A stretch of DNA of 62,087 nt, counting the filler, from Pirum gemmata (Eukaryota), in the NCBI GenBank assembly GCA_002812295.1. It is 11 parts of 11 records of this genome, joined end to end, with 100 filler letters (N's around TTAATTAATTAA, not from the genome) between each part and the next. Parts side by side here need not be neighbours in the genome. Positions count along the whole stretch, not along the records: positions 49,058 to 53,324 come from PDIN01001326.1; positions 53,425 to 57,677 come from PDIN01001327.1; positions 57,778 to 62,087 come from PDIN01001328.1; 8 more parts are not named here. One strand, written 5' to 3'. The stretch's first letter is position 1; each line of letters starts with the position of its first letter. Below the pieces are notes generated by a model that was given only the letters and a program-made list of their open reading frames with translations, was not told the origin of the DNA and did no database searches. Positions 50,837 to 62,087 of this stretch are shown here, in pieces. A program made the translations under genes and the position numbers.

Positions 50837-51063
50837 GGCTTCTCCCAATTCTGCTCTGTTTTAAAAATCGAAATTTCGAGTCTATATATTAATTAATAAG
50901 TTCAAAATGTTCAAGTTTACAATTAAGTATTCAAATATATTTATTTATTAATAAACCTGAAAAATACGAAAAAAAAATATTTTTCGAACGGAGCTGAAAT
51001 TTTGGCTTTCTTTGATAGCATAAATTCGAGTTTTTGGGTTTGAGCCGAATTGGGAGAGGCTTA
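50837..51063. mobile_element. MITE family C (about 225 bp, Harbinger-like ends)
   Basis: TTA-GGCTTCTCCCAATTCTGCTC at the left and GAGCCGAATTGGGAGAGGC-TTA at the right. Copies near 40848, 50042, 50328, 51068 and 61755, with a variant near 56845. Confidence 0.75.
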
Positions 51064-51265
51064 TGGCCAATTCTGCTCGAGCCCGAAAACTCGAATTTAT
51101 GCTGTGAAAAAAAAAGCCGAAATTCAGTCCTGTTCGAAAATTGTTTTTTCCATTTTTTCGGGTTAATAAATAAATAAATATACTTGAATACTTAACTGTT
51201 AGCTTAAACTTTTCGAACTTATTTAATTAATGCATAGGCTCGAAAACTCGATTTTTTAAACAAAC

Positions 51266-51320
<55 letters not shown>

Positions 51321-51459
51321 CAGGGTTAGGGTTAGGGTTAGGGTTAGGGTTAGGGTTAGGGTTAGAGAAACTGTTAGGAAAAAAGAAAAAAAAAAAGCTA
51401 AAAGAAATGACTTAGAAAATGATGATTGCGAACAAAACAAAAAAATTTTTAATACACCT

Positions 51460-52290
51460 TTGTATTTGTGATAAGAATTAATCACCACCAAAGGATATAG
51501 AAAAATAAAAATTTCTTTGACTTTTAAAAGCTTGGAAGATATTGTTTCATAATAATAATGTAAAAAAAATAACGCAATTATGGCTATATAAAAACAACCC
51601 AATTATTTACTGAATATATAATTTTATTTATTACACAGAGGTACAGTGTTGGTGGGTCTATCTTTAATATGAAGCACGAAAATCTTTTAATAAGGTCAAT
51701 GTTTTTTGCTAGAATTATATCATCATATACTGAGACTGGGAATTAGAATCAATGTATTTGTGATAAGAATCACCACCAGAAGATAAAAGAGCTTGGTCAT
51801 AATAATAATTTAAAAATAACGCTATATAAAAACAACGCCAATTATTTACTGAATTTATAATTATGTTTATTACACAGAGGGTACGGTGTGCTTTTTGCTA
51901 GAATTATATCATCAAATACTGGGGTTGGTAATTATAATCAATTTATTTGTGATAAGAATCCCCACTACAGGATATAGAAAAATTAAAATGACTTAAAAGC
52001 TTGGTCATAATAATATTATTTTAAACCCGAAGATCTTTTAATGCGGTTGTTGCTGCTACTATATCATCATATACTGGAGATTGAGAATTACAAATGTATT
52101 TGTGATAAGAATTGCCACTGGCAGATAATATCATAGAAAAATTAACATTTCTTTGATTTAAGCTTGTAATTGGAAGATATTGGTCATAATAATAATAAAA
52201 AAAATAACGTATAGGTAATTAGGACTTTTTAATAAAAAGACGCAATTTCTTTACTGAACATGAAATTGTGTATGTTCATATTCATTACAC
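51460..52290. repeat. Degenerate tandem repeat (about 4 units)
   Basis: Recurrent TATTTGTGATAAGAAT...TTGGTCATAATAATA...ATTACACAGAGG. Confidence 0.75.
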
Positions 52291-53114
52291 AGAGGTGTTG
52301 GTTGGTCTATCTTTGATATTATTACCTCTATCAGCTAAAAAGACGTCGACAGATAATGAATTGATTCATTTTAGCACAGGTTAAAAGCGTGGCCAATTAT
52401 CGCAGTGGAGAACGGAGGGTGTACGGGTTTCCTTTAATTTTGTTTGACTCTTAGTCTATTCCTTATTCTAGTATCATATTCTAATTTAAATTATGACGAG
52501 TACTTATTCTAATATTCTAATTCAAATTATGACGACTCATTACTATCTACTGTCGACTACTAGTCAACTACTATTATGATACATGGTTACCGATTACCAT
52601 GAGTTGCAGAGTAGTTGTGTTGATTCAAAGCGTACGTGATGATTTAGAATTGCGTATGGTAACTATGGTTAATTAATGTAGGATGAATTTTTGTCTTCTT
52701 TTTACTTAATTAAAGTTGTCTAACTTTATTCTTGTTTTCGACATGTTACAAGCACTTTTTTAAGTTGAACCTGATATTGAAGATTATCTTTTGGAACGTG
52801 AATTTCATAACTTAGAATTTTGAAGTTCATTCCTGCTAAGAGGTATCATTATTTTTTAAAATAATATTAATACAATATAATAGACCAATGCATATGTATT
52901 TGAAAAAGAAAATTTTCTTCTATCATACAGATAAAAAATAAATACGACTGCAGAACAATGTTGGCTACTGGTCACTATTTTTCAACTCGATTCAATTCCC
53001 ACATGTTAAATAATATTTTTTTTTTTTTTTTTTTTTTTTATAAAAAAAGAAATTTTTTTTTTTTTTTTTTTTTTTTTCTATAGAACATGCAATATTTTTT
53101 CAGGTTCTTTCTAT

Positions 53115-53213
53115 TTATAATTTTTGTTGTTCACTTCTAGCCTTTTTTAACATTCCCTCGGCAGAGTCAATTTGTTCTTGTATGCTTTTTGGCACTGGGG
53201 TATCAGAGGAAAA
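53115..53213 (-). CDS. Possible last exon of an unknown gene
   Basis: TTTTTAG acceptor, then FSSDTPVPKSIQEQIDSAEGMLKKARSEQQKL and a stop. Confidence 0.35.
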   Translation of the reverse strand, partial: FSSDTPVPKSIQEQIDSAEGMLKKARSEQQKL

Positions 53214-53554
53214 CTAAAAATAAATATTTTAAATAAATAAATAAATCAAGAAATAAATTTAGTAAATTATTCAATTAATACGAGTAATATAATATGTTCA
53301 TAAAATTAAGAAATTTAGCCATTTNNNNNNNNNNNNNNNNNNNNNNNNNNNNNNNNNNNNNNNNNNNNTTAATTAATTAANNNNNNNNNNNNNNNNNNNN
53401 NNNNNNNNNNNNNNNNNNNNNNNNTATTATTATTATTATTATTAATAACAATTTAACTCGTTTTTTATTTATAGTTTATATTCTTTTGTGTTATTTATTT
53501 TACTTATTATTTATCTTTTATTTATTTATTGTTATGATTATTTTAATTAAGCAG

Positions 53555-53709
53555 CCGAACCAGAAACTCATGTTAATACAGAGGGTACAGCTGACTCTAA
53601 CGACCCCACACAAGGTGTTCCTGATCGGGTTAAAGTTGATATCAAAAAAAGATCATCGTTTAGTCTTGGTGGTGTGTTTAAAAATAAGAAAAATGATAAA
53701 CACGAATAA
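53555..53709 (+). CDS. Possible last exon of an unknown gene
   Basis: AAGCAG acceptor, then EPETHVNTEGTADSNDPTQGVPDRVKVDIKKRSSFSLGGVFKNKKNDKHE and a stop; higher GC than the flanks. Confidence 0.45.
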
Positions 53710-53739
53710 ATTGATAACAGAAACTAGTGATGTTTTAAT

Positions 53740-55090
53740 TAAAACAGTGTTTGTTGTTGTTATAGTAATGGCAGTAGTGATTGGAGGACTATTTCTTTGA
53801 ATTTAAATAATGGGTTGATTAGTTGAGTTGATTTATTTTTCAATTAATTCAATATATATATTTGTTGTTATTGCTATTATAGTGATGGTAGTAATGGTTG
53901 TAGAACTATATTTGAAATCGGTCAATATTTAATTATTATATTGTTTATTGTTATTGCTATTATAATGATGGTAGTAGTGGCTGTAGGATTATATTTGTAA
54001 TGAAAATAATGAATAATTAGTTGAATGCTTTATTTTTTAATTATTTCAATATTTAGTTATTATATTGTTTGTTGTTATTACTATTATAGTGATGCTAGTA
54101 GTGGTTGTAGGACTATGTATGTATGAAATTAAATAATGAATAATTAGTGAAATGCTTTATTTTTTAATTCATTCAATATTTAATTATTATATTGTTTGTT
54201 ATTATAGTGGTTGTAGGAATAAATCTTGGAATTTAAATAATGGGTTGATTAGTTGAATTGATTTTTAATTAATTCAATATTTCATTTTGTTTGTTGTTAT
54301 TGCTATTATAGTAATGGTAGTAGTGGTTGTAGGATTATATCTTAGAATATAAATAATGGGTTAATTAGTTGAATTGAATTATTTATTTATTAATTCATTC
54401 ATTATTTAATTATTATATTGTTTATTGTCATTACTATTGTAGTGATGGTAGTAGTGGTAGTGATGGTAGTAGTGGTGTAGGACTATTTGAAAACATGCAA
54501 TATTTAATTATTGTATTGTTTGTTGCTATTTCTATTATTTAAGAGGTATCCGGTTTCAAACGTATCAACGCAGGTCTTGCATGAAGTCTGTAGGGATTTT
54601 CGTGATGGTAGTAGTGGTTGTAGGACTATATATATATATATATATATATATGAATTTAAATGAATATTTAGTTAAATGCTTTATTTATTATATTTTTATT
54701 TGTTTATTGCTATTATAGTGATGGTAGTAGTAGTAGTGGTTGTAGGAGTTGTAGGACTAAATCTTGGAATTTAAATAATGGATTATATTGTTTGTTGTTA
54801 CTGCTATTATAGTGATGGTAGTGGCTGTAGGGTTATATCTTGGAATTTAAATAATGGGTTAATTAGTTGAATTGGATTATTATATTATTTGTTGTTATTG
54901 CTATTATAGTGATGTTAATGGCTGTAGGGTTATATCTTGTAATTTAAATAATGGGTTTAATTGAATTATTTATCAATTAATTCATTATTTTATTATTTTA
55001 TTGTTTATTGTTATTAGTATGATATGATTTGATTTTATAGTGATGGTAGAAGTGGTCATAGAACCATATCTGGATTAAAAAATATGGGTT
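53740..55090. repeat. Degenerate tandem repeat (about 100-125 bp units)
   Basis: Recurrent TTGTTATTGCTATTATAGTGATGGTAGTAGTGGTTGTAGGA...AATTTAAATAATGGG. Confidence 0.85.
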
Positions 55091-55193
55091 GAATTTATTT
55101 TTAAAATAATACTAATTTGGTAGGTTATAACCTTTAAATGGATATTTTTGAATGCACAAATAGATAATAAAATATAGCAAATCAAATTAAATC

Positions 55194-55426
55194 ATGAGGT
55201 GTTATGTATTTATCTTTGGTTTTATTCTAGTGATTTTTGGTTGAAATGGTATGAAGATGGCGAAGAAGCGGCTTTTAATATACAAGGGAAATATTCTGTT
55301 CCTTTTGATGTTTGGGATTCTGCGATATGTGATTTTGATAAAGCGTATCGTGCCCATTTAGCTAAAGTGGTGAAAAACATTGAGGATGGAAAAGACGACG
55401 ATCCCAGTAATAAAATGCAAGTTTAA
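55194..55426 (+). CDS. Small hypothetical protein, probably two exons
   Basis: ATG AG, a 32-nt GT..AG intron (55199-55230), then an open frame giving MSDFWLKWYEDGEEAAFNIQGKY...MQV. Confidence 0.45.
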
Positions 55427-56037
55427 ATTTCGAAGCAAAAAAGACTTACAACAATCATTTGAAGTTCGACATCGTGATTTTAATGCTAACAATAGTCAAT
55501 ATAGTTTTATTAAGCTAGCCCTCTAGCTAGCTGAGCCCTCTAGCGCTTTTCGTTTATTTTGTCACTCCGAATATTTATTTGGTTGGTTATAATATTTAAA
55601 TTGATACTTTTAAATAAATAAATATATAATAAAATATACCAAATAAAATGAAATGGATTTATATTGTATAAATTTGGTACTTTTTATTGTATTTTTTATA
55701 TGACAAAACAACTGGGCAAAACAACTGAAAAGCACGATAGACTAGTCTACCAGTAAAAAATTTGAAGATGGAAAAATCTGATAATTGAATTGAATCTAGA
55801 AGGGTATTTTTGCCAACTAAGATATCTAGTTTGGTATTTCAAACTCTTTAACCTACTCTATCGGTAGTCTAATAACTGATTCAGATGGTACCACGTAACG
55901 CCAACTTCAGGTCAAATACAGCTTCAAAATACCCCTACCTACCTACACCTCGACGTTAATTTCTGGTCAAATATAACCTACCTACCTACCCCTTGACGTG
56001 AGTCACGTGACGTATTATTTGAACGCTCCCTTATATA

Positions 56038-56296
56038 CCAGTGTTTCACGATGACGTCATTTATATTATTTTTCTAGATTGCCATTTAAATGGCTTATAT
56101 TGCATTTAAAAAGCTTTATTTTTTCATCTAATAGGTTCAGATAGTGCCCATGGTCTACAGTGTTTTACAATGACGTCATTAATACTCTTTTCTAGATTGC
56201 CATTTTAATGGCTTATATTACATTTAGAAAGCTTTATATTTTCATCTGATAGGTTCAGATGGTTGTGATGGTCACAGTGTTTACAATGACGTCATG
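56038..56296. repeat. Tandem repeat, about 118-bp unit, 2 full copies and a partial
   Basis: CAGTGTTT...ATGACGTCAT...TCTAGATTGCCATTT...AGGTTCAGAT repeated. Confidence 0.8.
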
Positions 56297-58246
56297 AATG
56301 ACTTTTGATATTATAATATCATACAATAATATCGTGCATTTCTTTCAGTCGTGCATTTCATTTATTTTGTCATTCCCAATATTTATTTGGAGGGTTATAA
56401 TCTTTAAATTGACAATTTTAAATCAATATACAAATAACTAAAATATACCAAATTAGATTAAATGAGTCAAATTATTTTAATTTGGTATTATTTATTGTAT
56501 ACTTTATAATGACAAAACAACTGAAAAGCACTACTAGACTATAATACTACTATAATAGTCTAATAAAATAAAAAAACAACAAAGAAAAAAGGCAAGAAAA
56601 AGGCTGAAGTAAAATGGACCAAAGGCTAACCGCTAAGCCCAATAAACATACCAAATTAAGAAATAAATTAGATATTGTTGCTATAAATAGTAAGTTACGT
56701 GTTGTTTTTGGGCAGGGATTCCCCCCCCCCCCCTCAACAATGACACCAGCCAATAACAATGGAATAAACGGATCTATCATCATCTCCTACCCCCTCTACC
56801 CCCATCAACCCCCACCACTAGGACCCTACCAAGCTATTAGGCTAGACTTCTCCAAATTCTACCCTTAAAACTCGACTTTGGTTTGAATATTTCGAGTTTA
56901 TATTTTTATAGTGGTATGCATAGAATCAATCTCCTTTTTTTTTTTTTTTTCAAAAAATTAATTTTTGATCGAGTTAGAGAGGAAAAACACCATTTTGTCA
57001 TTAAATTCTCGAAAAAGGCCAAATTCTGCCCGGGTAGAATTCGGAGAAGTCTATATTAGGCTTCCCCACTACTAGACTAGCTAGTAGCTAGGCTACTAGT
57101 GGCCGCCGCTAGTCCGCCGCTACAGTGCCGCTACCCCCATAAAACATTCCACAGGTCAAAACGTCTAAATATAGTTCTTAATATTACTTTATTTGAAAAA
57201 TAATTATTATTAGAAAACATTTTATCTAGTACAATTTATTAGTATTTTATTAGTAGGGTGAGTTGACGTCATTATATTTAAAAATAATATTCCCGAGCAG
57301 CTGGCGGAACTTCTCCGATTTTATTACTATTAATGTTGATATTGTTACTTTAATTGGTATCTACTATAATTAGATTTACTATTTAAGCTATTTCGCTGCT
57401 ATTATTAGTAAGAAACACGGAAATAAGGTTGGCTCGATAAGCATCTGTTCGAAAAAAGTTCCAGTTGATATCTCACCCCTACTATTTTATTATTAGTATT
57501 TTATTAGTATTTTATTGTTATAAAAAATAATGGAATTATTAAGTAGGGGTGAGATGACGTCATTTTATTATTCCTGAACAGCTGCTGGAACTTTTTCGAT
57601 TTTTATGGTTTTTATTACTATTAATGTTAAAATTATTACTTTACTTGGTACCTACTATAATTATATTTACTATTTTANNNNNNNNNNNNNNNNNNNNNNN
57701 NNNNNNNNNNNNNNNNNNNNNTTAATTAATTAANNNNNNNNNNNNNNNNNNNNNNNNNNNNNNNNNNNNNNNNNNNNATATTATTTTTATTATTTTTATT
57801 ATAAATATATACTAACCCTTTTTTTTTTCTACTCCTTTCACATTGCAAACTTAAAATATGATAAGCAATATGATACGACAATCTAGAAATTTTTGAAATA
57901 CCAATGTATATTTTATACAGAGCAACACTAGAGCAATCCTCAAAAAACCTTTCAATTATGAGGTCATATAAATAAAAAGACTAGGACATATTGCCAAACC
58001 CCCAAATCCTTATTTTTTATCCACTATTAATGCTAAATGAAATTAATGATATATATTATATCATGTTTATTATGTTTTATATTGATTAAATTTTAAAAAT
58101 CAATTATATTAATCTATTAGAATTTTAACAAATTTATTAATTTTTACTTGTAGTTTATTAATTAAAATGCACACACATATACGCATATATTATGATCGAA
58201 AGGGTAAAATGTTGCCGACAATAATTTTTTGAAAATAAAAAATTAA

Positions 58247-58873
58247 TTATGGAGATTGGCAATGTTTAATTCTGCCGGATCCAACGCATTGCCCTTGAGC
58301 ACCAGTTTGATCTTTACAACATTGATTGCTATTAATGCATGGCTTTCTGGAAGTAGTAGGAATACAACTAGTATCACGTCTAGCTCTAGAAGCGGTAACC
58401 ATTTGCCATTGATCGTTAGTTGATGAACCAGAGGTAGTAACAATGCTAGTGCCATCTTGAGCGTTAGTATTGTGTGGAACCATGTAAGTGTTGGTTTGTT
58501 TATTCATGATAGCTAGACCGTGGTTTGTACTTCCAGTTTTCCATTGTTGTACTTCAGCATTATCACAGTCCCATAATTGGATTTTAGCTCCAGTAGATCC
58601 ACTATTGTTATCGATAACCACACAATATTGTGGGTAAGCAGCAACGCGAATGCTACCGTCGTAAGCACCTTCTTGGGAGTTAAAGCCAAATGTGAAAAGT
58701 TGACCTTCAGATTGTTCACAGCTCCAAGTTTGCATGGCTACACCGTTTTTGAATTCATTATTGTCTACAGACAAACAAGACATAGAACCATTAGAATTGC
58801 GCCATTTGATTTCATATTCTTGTGCCATAGCAGAAGTGGCAACAATAGCAGCGAAAGCGAATACAGTCTTCAT
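58247..58873 (-). CDS. Secreted ricin-B (beta-trefoil) lectin with a C-terminal six-Cys knottin-like peptide
   Basis: Signal peptide MKTVFAFAAIVATSAMAQ; trefoil motifs CLSV...MQTWSC...GQLF, CVVI...IQLWDC...QQW, DQW; then RARR and C-x8-C-x5-CC-x9-C-x8-C. Confidence 0.88.
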   Translation of the reverse strand: MKTVFAFAAIVATSAMAQEYEIKWRNSNGSMSCLSVDNNEFKNGVAMQTWSCEQSEGQLFTFGFNSQEGAYDGSIRVAAYPQYCVVIDNNSGSTGAKIQLWDCDNAEVQQWKTGSTNHGLAIMNKQTNTYMVPHNTNAQDGTSIVTTSGSSTNDQWQMVTASRARRDTSCIPTTSRKPCINSNQCCKDQTGAQGQCVGSGRIKHCQSP

Positions 58874-61229
58874 TTTTGGTTTTTTGGTTTTTTGGTTTTT
58901 TGGTTTTTTGGGGAGGTTGGTTTTAGTTTTTGGTTTTTGGTTTTTGATAATATTATTATTTATTTTGTGAAAAATTATGTTGTTTATATACTTAAATTTT
59001 TGATTAATAGATACATAGAAATTATCAAGGTGTACGATACCGGCAATAATAATGCAATTTATCACAATTACCTAGTTAGACTACTTCTAAACTTTCTGTT
59101 TTCTTGGTTTGTTTAGTTTGAAAAAGAATATTAAAAAATTTTATTTATTTATAATAGACCTATCATCATATAATAAATAAAACAGTCTTAGTGAAAATTT
59201 CTTCAGAAAATTTCTTCTAGTTATTTTCTTATAGTCTACTTGATAGACTACTATTACTATATGTGTATATATAGAGACAATTACTAGTAGCTAATAGGTT
59301 CATTTTTTTTAGTTCATTTATCAATATTATAAAAATTTTATATAAATAAATTTGTGAAGAGTTCCTTCCTCCTTCGTAAGCACTAGTATGATGGTAGTTC
59401 GTATTAAAATGATTGCGAGTTTTCTAACTTTTTTCTAACTTTTTTCTACATACTTCTATTTTATATCCAAGCTACTCGATCCAAGCTACTCTAGACTTCT
59501 GATTTTATAACCTTTATTTCAACCAAAATATTTCAACTGATTTTGTTTATACTTGTAACATTTTCAACCAGTTTCCTAGCTAGCTTTTGCAAAGGTACCA
59601 TTTTTATTACTTTTGACTTTTAACAGTTTCTTCAGGTTCTATCACTTTTATTTTGTATTGATAACCTTATAGTCCTTATAGTCACCCCTCTCTCCAACTG
59701 GAATTTCTCACCCCCCCCCCCCCCCCACTCCACTCCACTCCCAATCATACTAGCTAGCATCGTAGCGACGAGACCTGTCGGTGTAGTGTCTTCTGTGCTC
59801 GTAGCTAGCTAGCACCCCCCTTCTAGCTACTAACTAACAGAAACTAGCTAGCTGCTAGCTAGGACTGGTACACTGTACAAGTGGTACAAGTCTCTATAGT
59901 CTACATCGGATGATCCTCCACCCACAGGCTCCACAGCAAGCTCAGCTGCAAGCCTTCTTGTGCAAAATATCTAGTTAGTGCAAAATATCGGCCTACACCC
60001 AGGTAACAAACACCCTACACCTAGCTAGGAGCCCACCAGCTAGTAGCCAACACCACTCTACTAACACTTATCATGTAACCTTTATTTCAACCAAAATATT
60101 CCAACTGATTATATTCAGTTTCCTAGAGTTTTTGATGATTTTTTTCCCTCTGTTATATTGCTAGTAGCTAGTAGCAGAAACCCCCATGTGTATATCTAAA
60201 TTTTTACTAAATAATTATAAAGGTATGATAATATCTAGAAATTAGAATAATATGATATTACTATGATATTGTAGTATATTGTTATATCAGATTTATAATA
60301 ATGATGCTAACTTTTAAAAACGGGATTGGTTTTAATAATAGAATTTTCTTAGTAAGACGATTTCTCAAAATTTGGTATCTGATAGTACTTTCATTTAAAA
60401 TTTTGTCCCAATTTTTATCTGACTTGGCTGTTAATAGAAAAAGAAAAAAGAAAAAAAATTAAATAATAATAATAATAATAATAATTAATTATCTATTCAA
60501 ATGAATTGTGATAATATTATAGTCACAAACAAAATTTAGTATGATAATAATTAACTCATATACCAAAACAGTAAACAAACAAAGAATAATACCGGTATAA
60601 TAAGTATATATTTTTTTTGTTTTATTAAATTTTGTTAGTAGGTTTAGAAATGTAAGTATTGTTTATTTTTGGGCTACTATTAGGGTTTTAAGGTTAATAT
60701 TGGAGCTAAGGTTAAGGTTAAGGCTAGTAGTAGGGGCTACTAGTGCCACGTTAGGCTTATGGTTAGGATTAGATTTGGGTGGTGGGGTAGCTACCAAGGT
60801 AATAATTGAAGGTATCGTTATTGATGTTTGGTTTAGTTGTATCATATGATATTAAAGTATGATAAGGTTGTTCTAGCTAGGTTGGTTGAGTGTTGGTTGT
60901 TAGTCTCACTGGAATCCAGAGGGAGTCTATTGGATAAAATTAGATAATTTTCCAGAATTTGTATAGCAGAATTTGCTGACAAATAATTTACTCAAAATAA
61001 TCTGAAAGTAAAACTGAAAGTAGTTACTAGTATTGATAAAAACTTACTACACTTGTTACTACTACATACGACTATGTCTACTCATTTATTTATTTATAAG
61101 AGTCTGATGATTGGGTAAATAGGGCTATAAGATGATAAGACTATTATTATTTATAATTATATTTAGAAATTTTAGAGCTATATTTAGACTGAAATTGTCA
61201 ATAGAATACTGCTGCATTTTTTTTTATTA

Positions 61230-61260
<31 letters not shown>

Positions 61261-62087
61261 TTTTTTTAGAGATTGAAGTCCTTGATTAAAAACTTATATA
61301 TGATAATATAATAAATACAGCTATCGTGCATTTCATTTATTCTGAATATTTATTTGGAGGGTTATAATCTTTAAATTGATGTATATTTTATAATGACAAA
61401 ACAAGAAAAGCACTATAATTTATTTATAAGTCGCATGGTCTTTATAAAATTTTAATTATTGTTAGACTTAGTACTCTAGCTAACTCTAGTAAGACAACTC
61501 TCAGTAAGATGACTACTAAGGGAGATAAAACGACAGGTCAAGGGGTAGGTAGGTAGGTGGTATTTGACCGGAAATAAACGTCGAGGGGAAGGTGGGTAGG
61601 GGTATTTGAAGCTGTATTTGACCGGAAATTGGCGTTACGTAGTATTTGATATTTTGTCGTCATAAAATATACAATAAATAGTACCAAATTAATATGATAT
61701 AAATCCATTTAATTTAATTTGGTATATTTTATTATCTATATATTTATTTAAANTAAATATACTTGAATACTTTTAACTGTTAGCTTAAAATTTTCGAACT
61801 TATTTAATTAATGCATAGACTCGAAAACTCATTTCACGTCAAGGGGTAGGTAGGCGGAAATTAACGTCAAGGGGTAGGTAGATAGGGGTATTTGAAGCTG
61901 TATTTGACCGGAAATTGGCGTTAACGTCGGTTAACGTAGTGTTTGGACGCTCCCAAAGCAGAATTGGGAGAAGCACTGACTGGCTGATGGGAGGCTCAAT
62001 ACGATCAGAGCTTTGGGCACTATTTATTTTTTTTTTTTTTCTACCTTCCCCTCGACGTTAATTTCCAGTCAAATACCACCTATTTAC

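Noticed and set aside
58874..59065. N-terminal extension of the lectin ORF in the track
   Set aside because: Low-complexity leader; the ATG at 58873 gives a clean signal peptide.

Overview
AT-rich eukaryotic DNA (GT-AG introns, TTAGGG tracts, many microsatellites); the lineage cannot be fixed from this window. It is not one contiguous locus. It is a string of roughly 4.2-4.3 kb contigs joined by a 100-bp artificial linker (44 N + TTAATTAATTAA + 44 N), so neighbours across linkers are unrelated. Main contents: (1) a contig at 44716-48957 filled by a co-oriented, intronless module resembling a Polinton-like virus (fibre, major capsid, penton-like protein, small ORFs); (2) a DIRS-order tyrosine-recombinase retrotransposon at 23305-27330, whose gag and pol are in one frame separated only by TGA-CTAG, a known readthrough context; (3) host genes: a GATA zinc-finger factor, a tail-to-tail pair of coiled-coil paralogues, an Rpn2/PSMD1 exon beside a glutathione peroxidase exon, a DUF1772 protein, a tail-to-tail pair of secreted Cys-rich repeat proteins, and a secreted ricin-B lectin with an RARR site and a knottin-like tail; (4) several MITE families, tandem arrays and pervasive CTAG-rich micro-insertions. 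All family calls come from reading motifs by eye, with no database search, and repeat boundaries are approximate.
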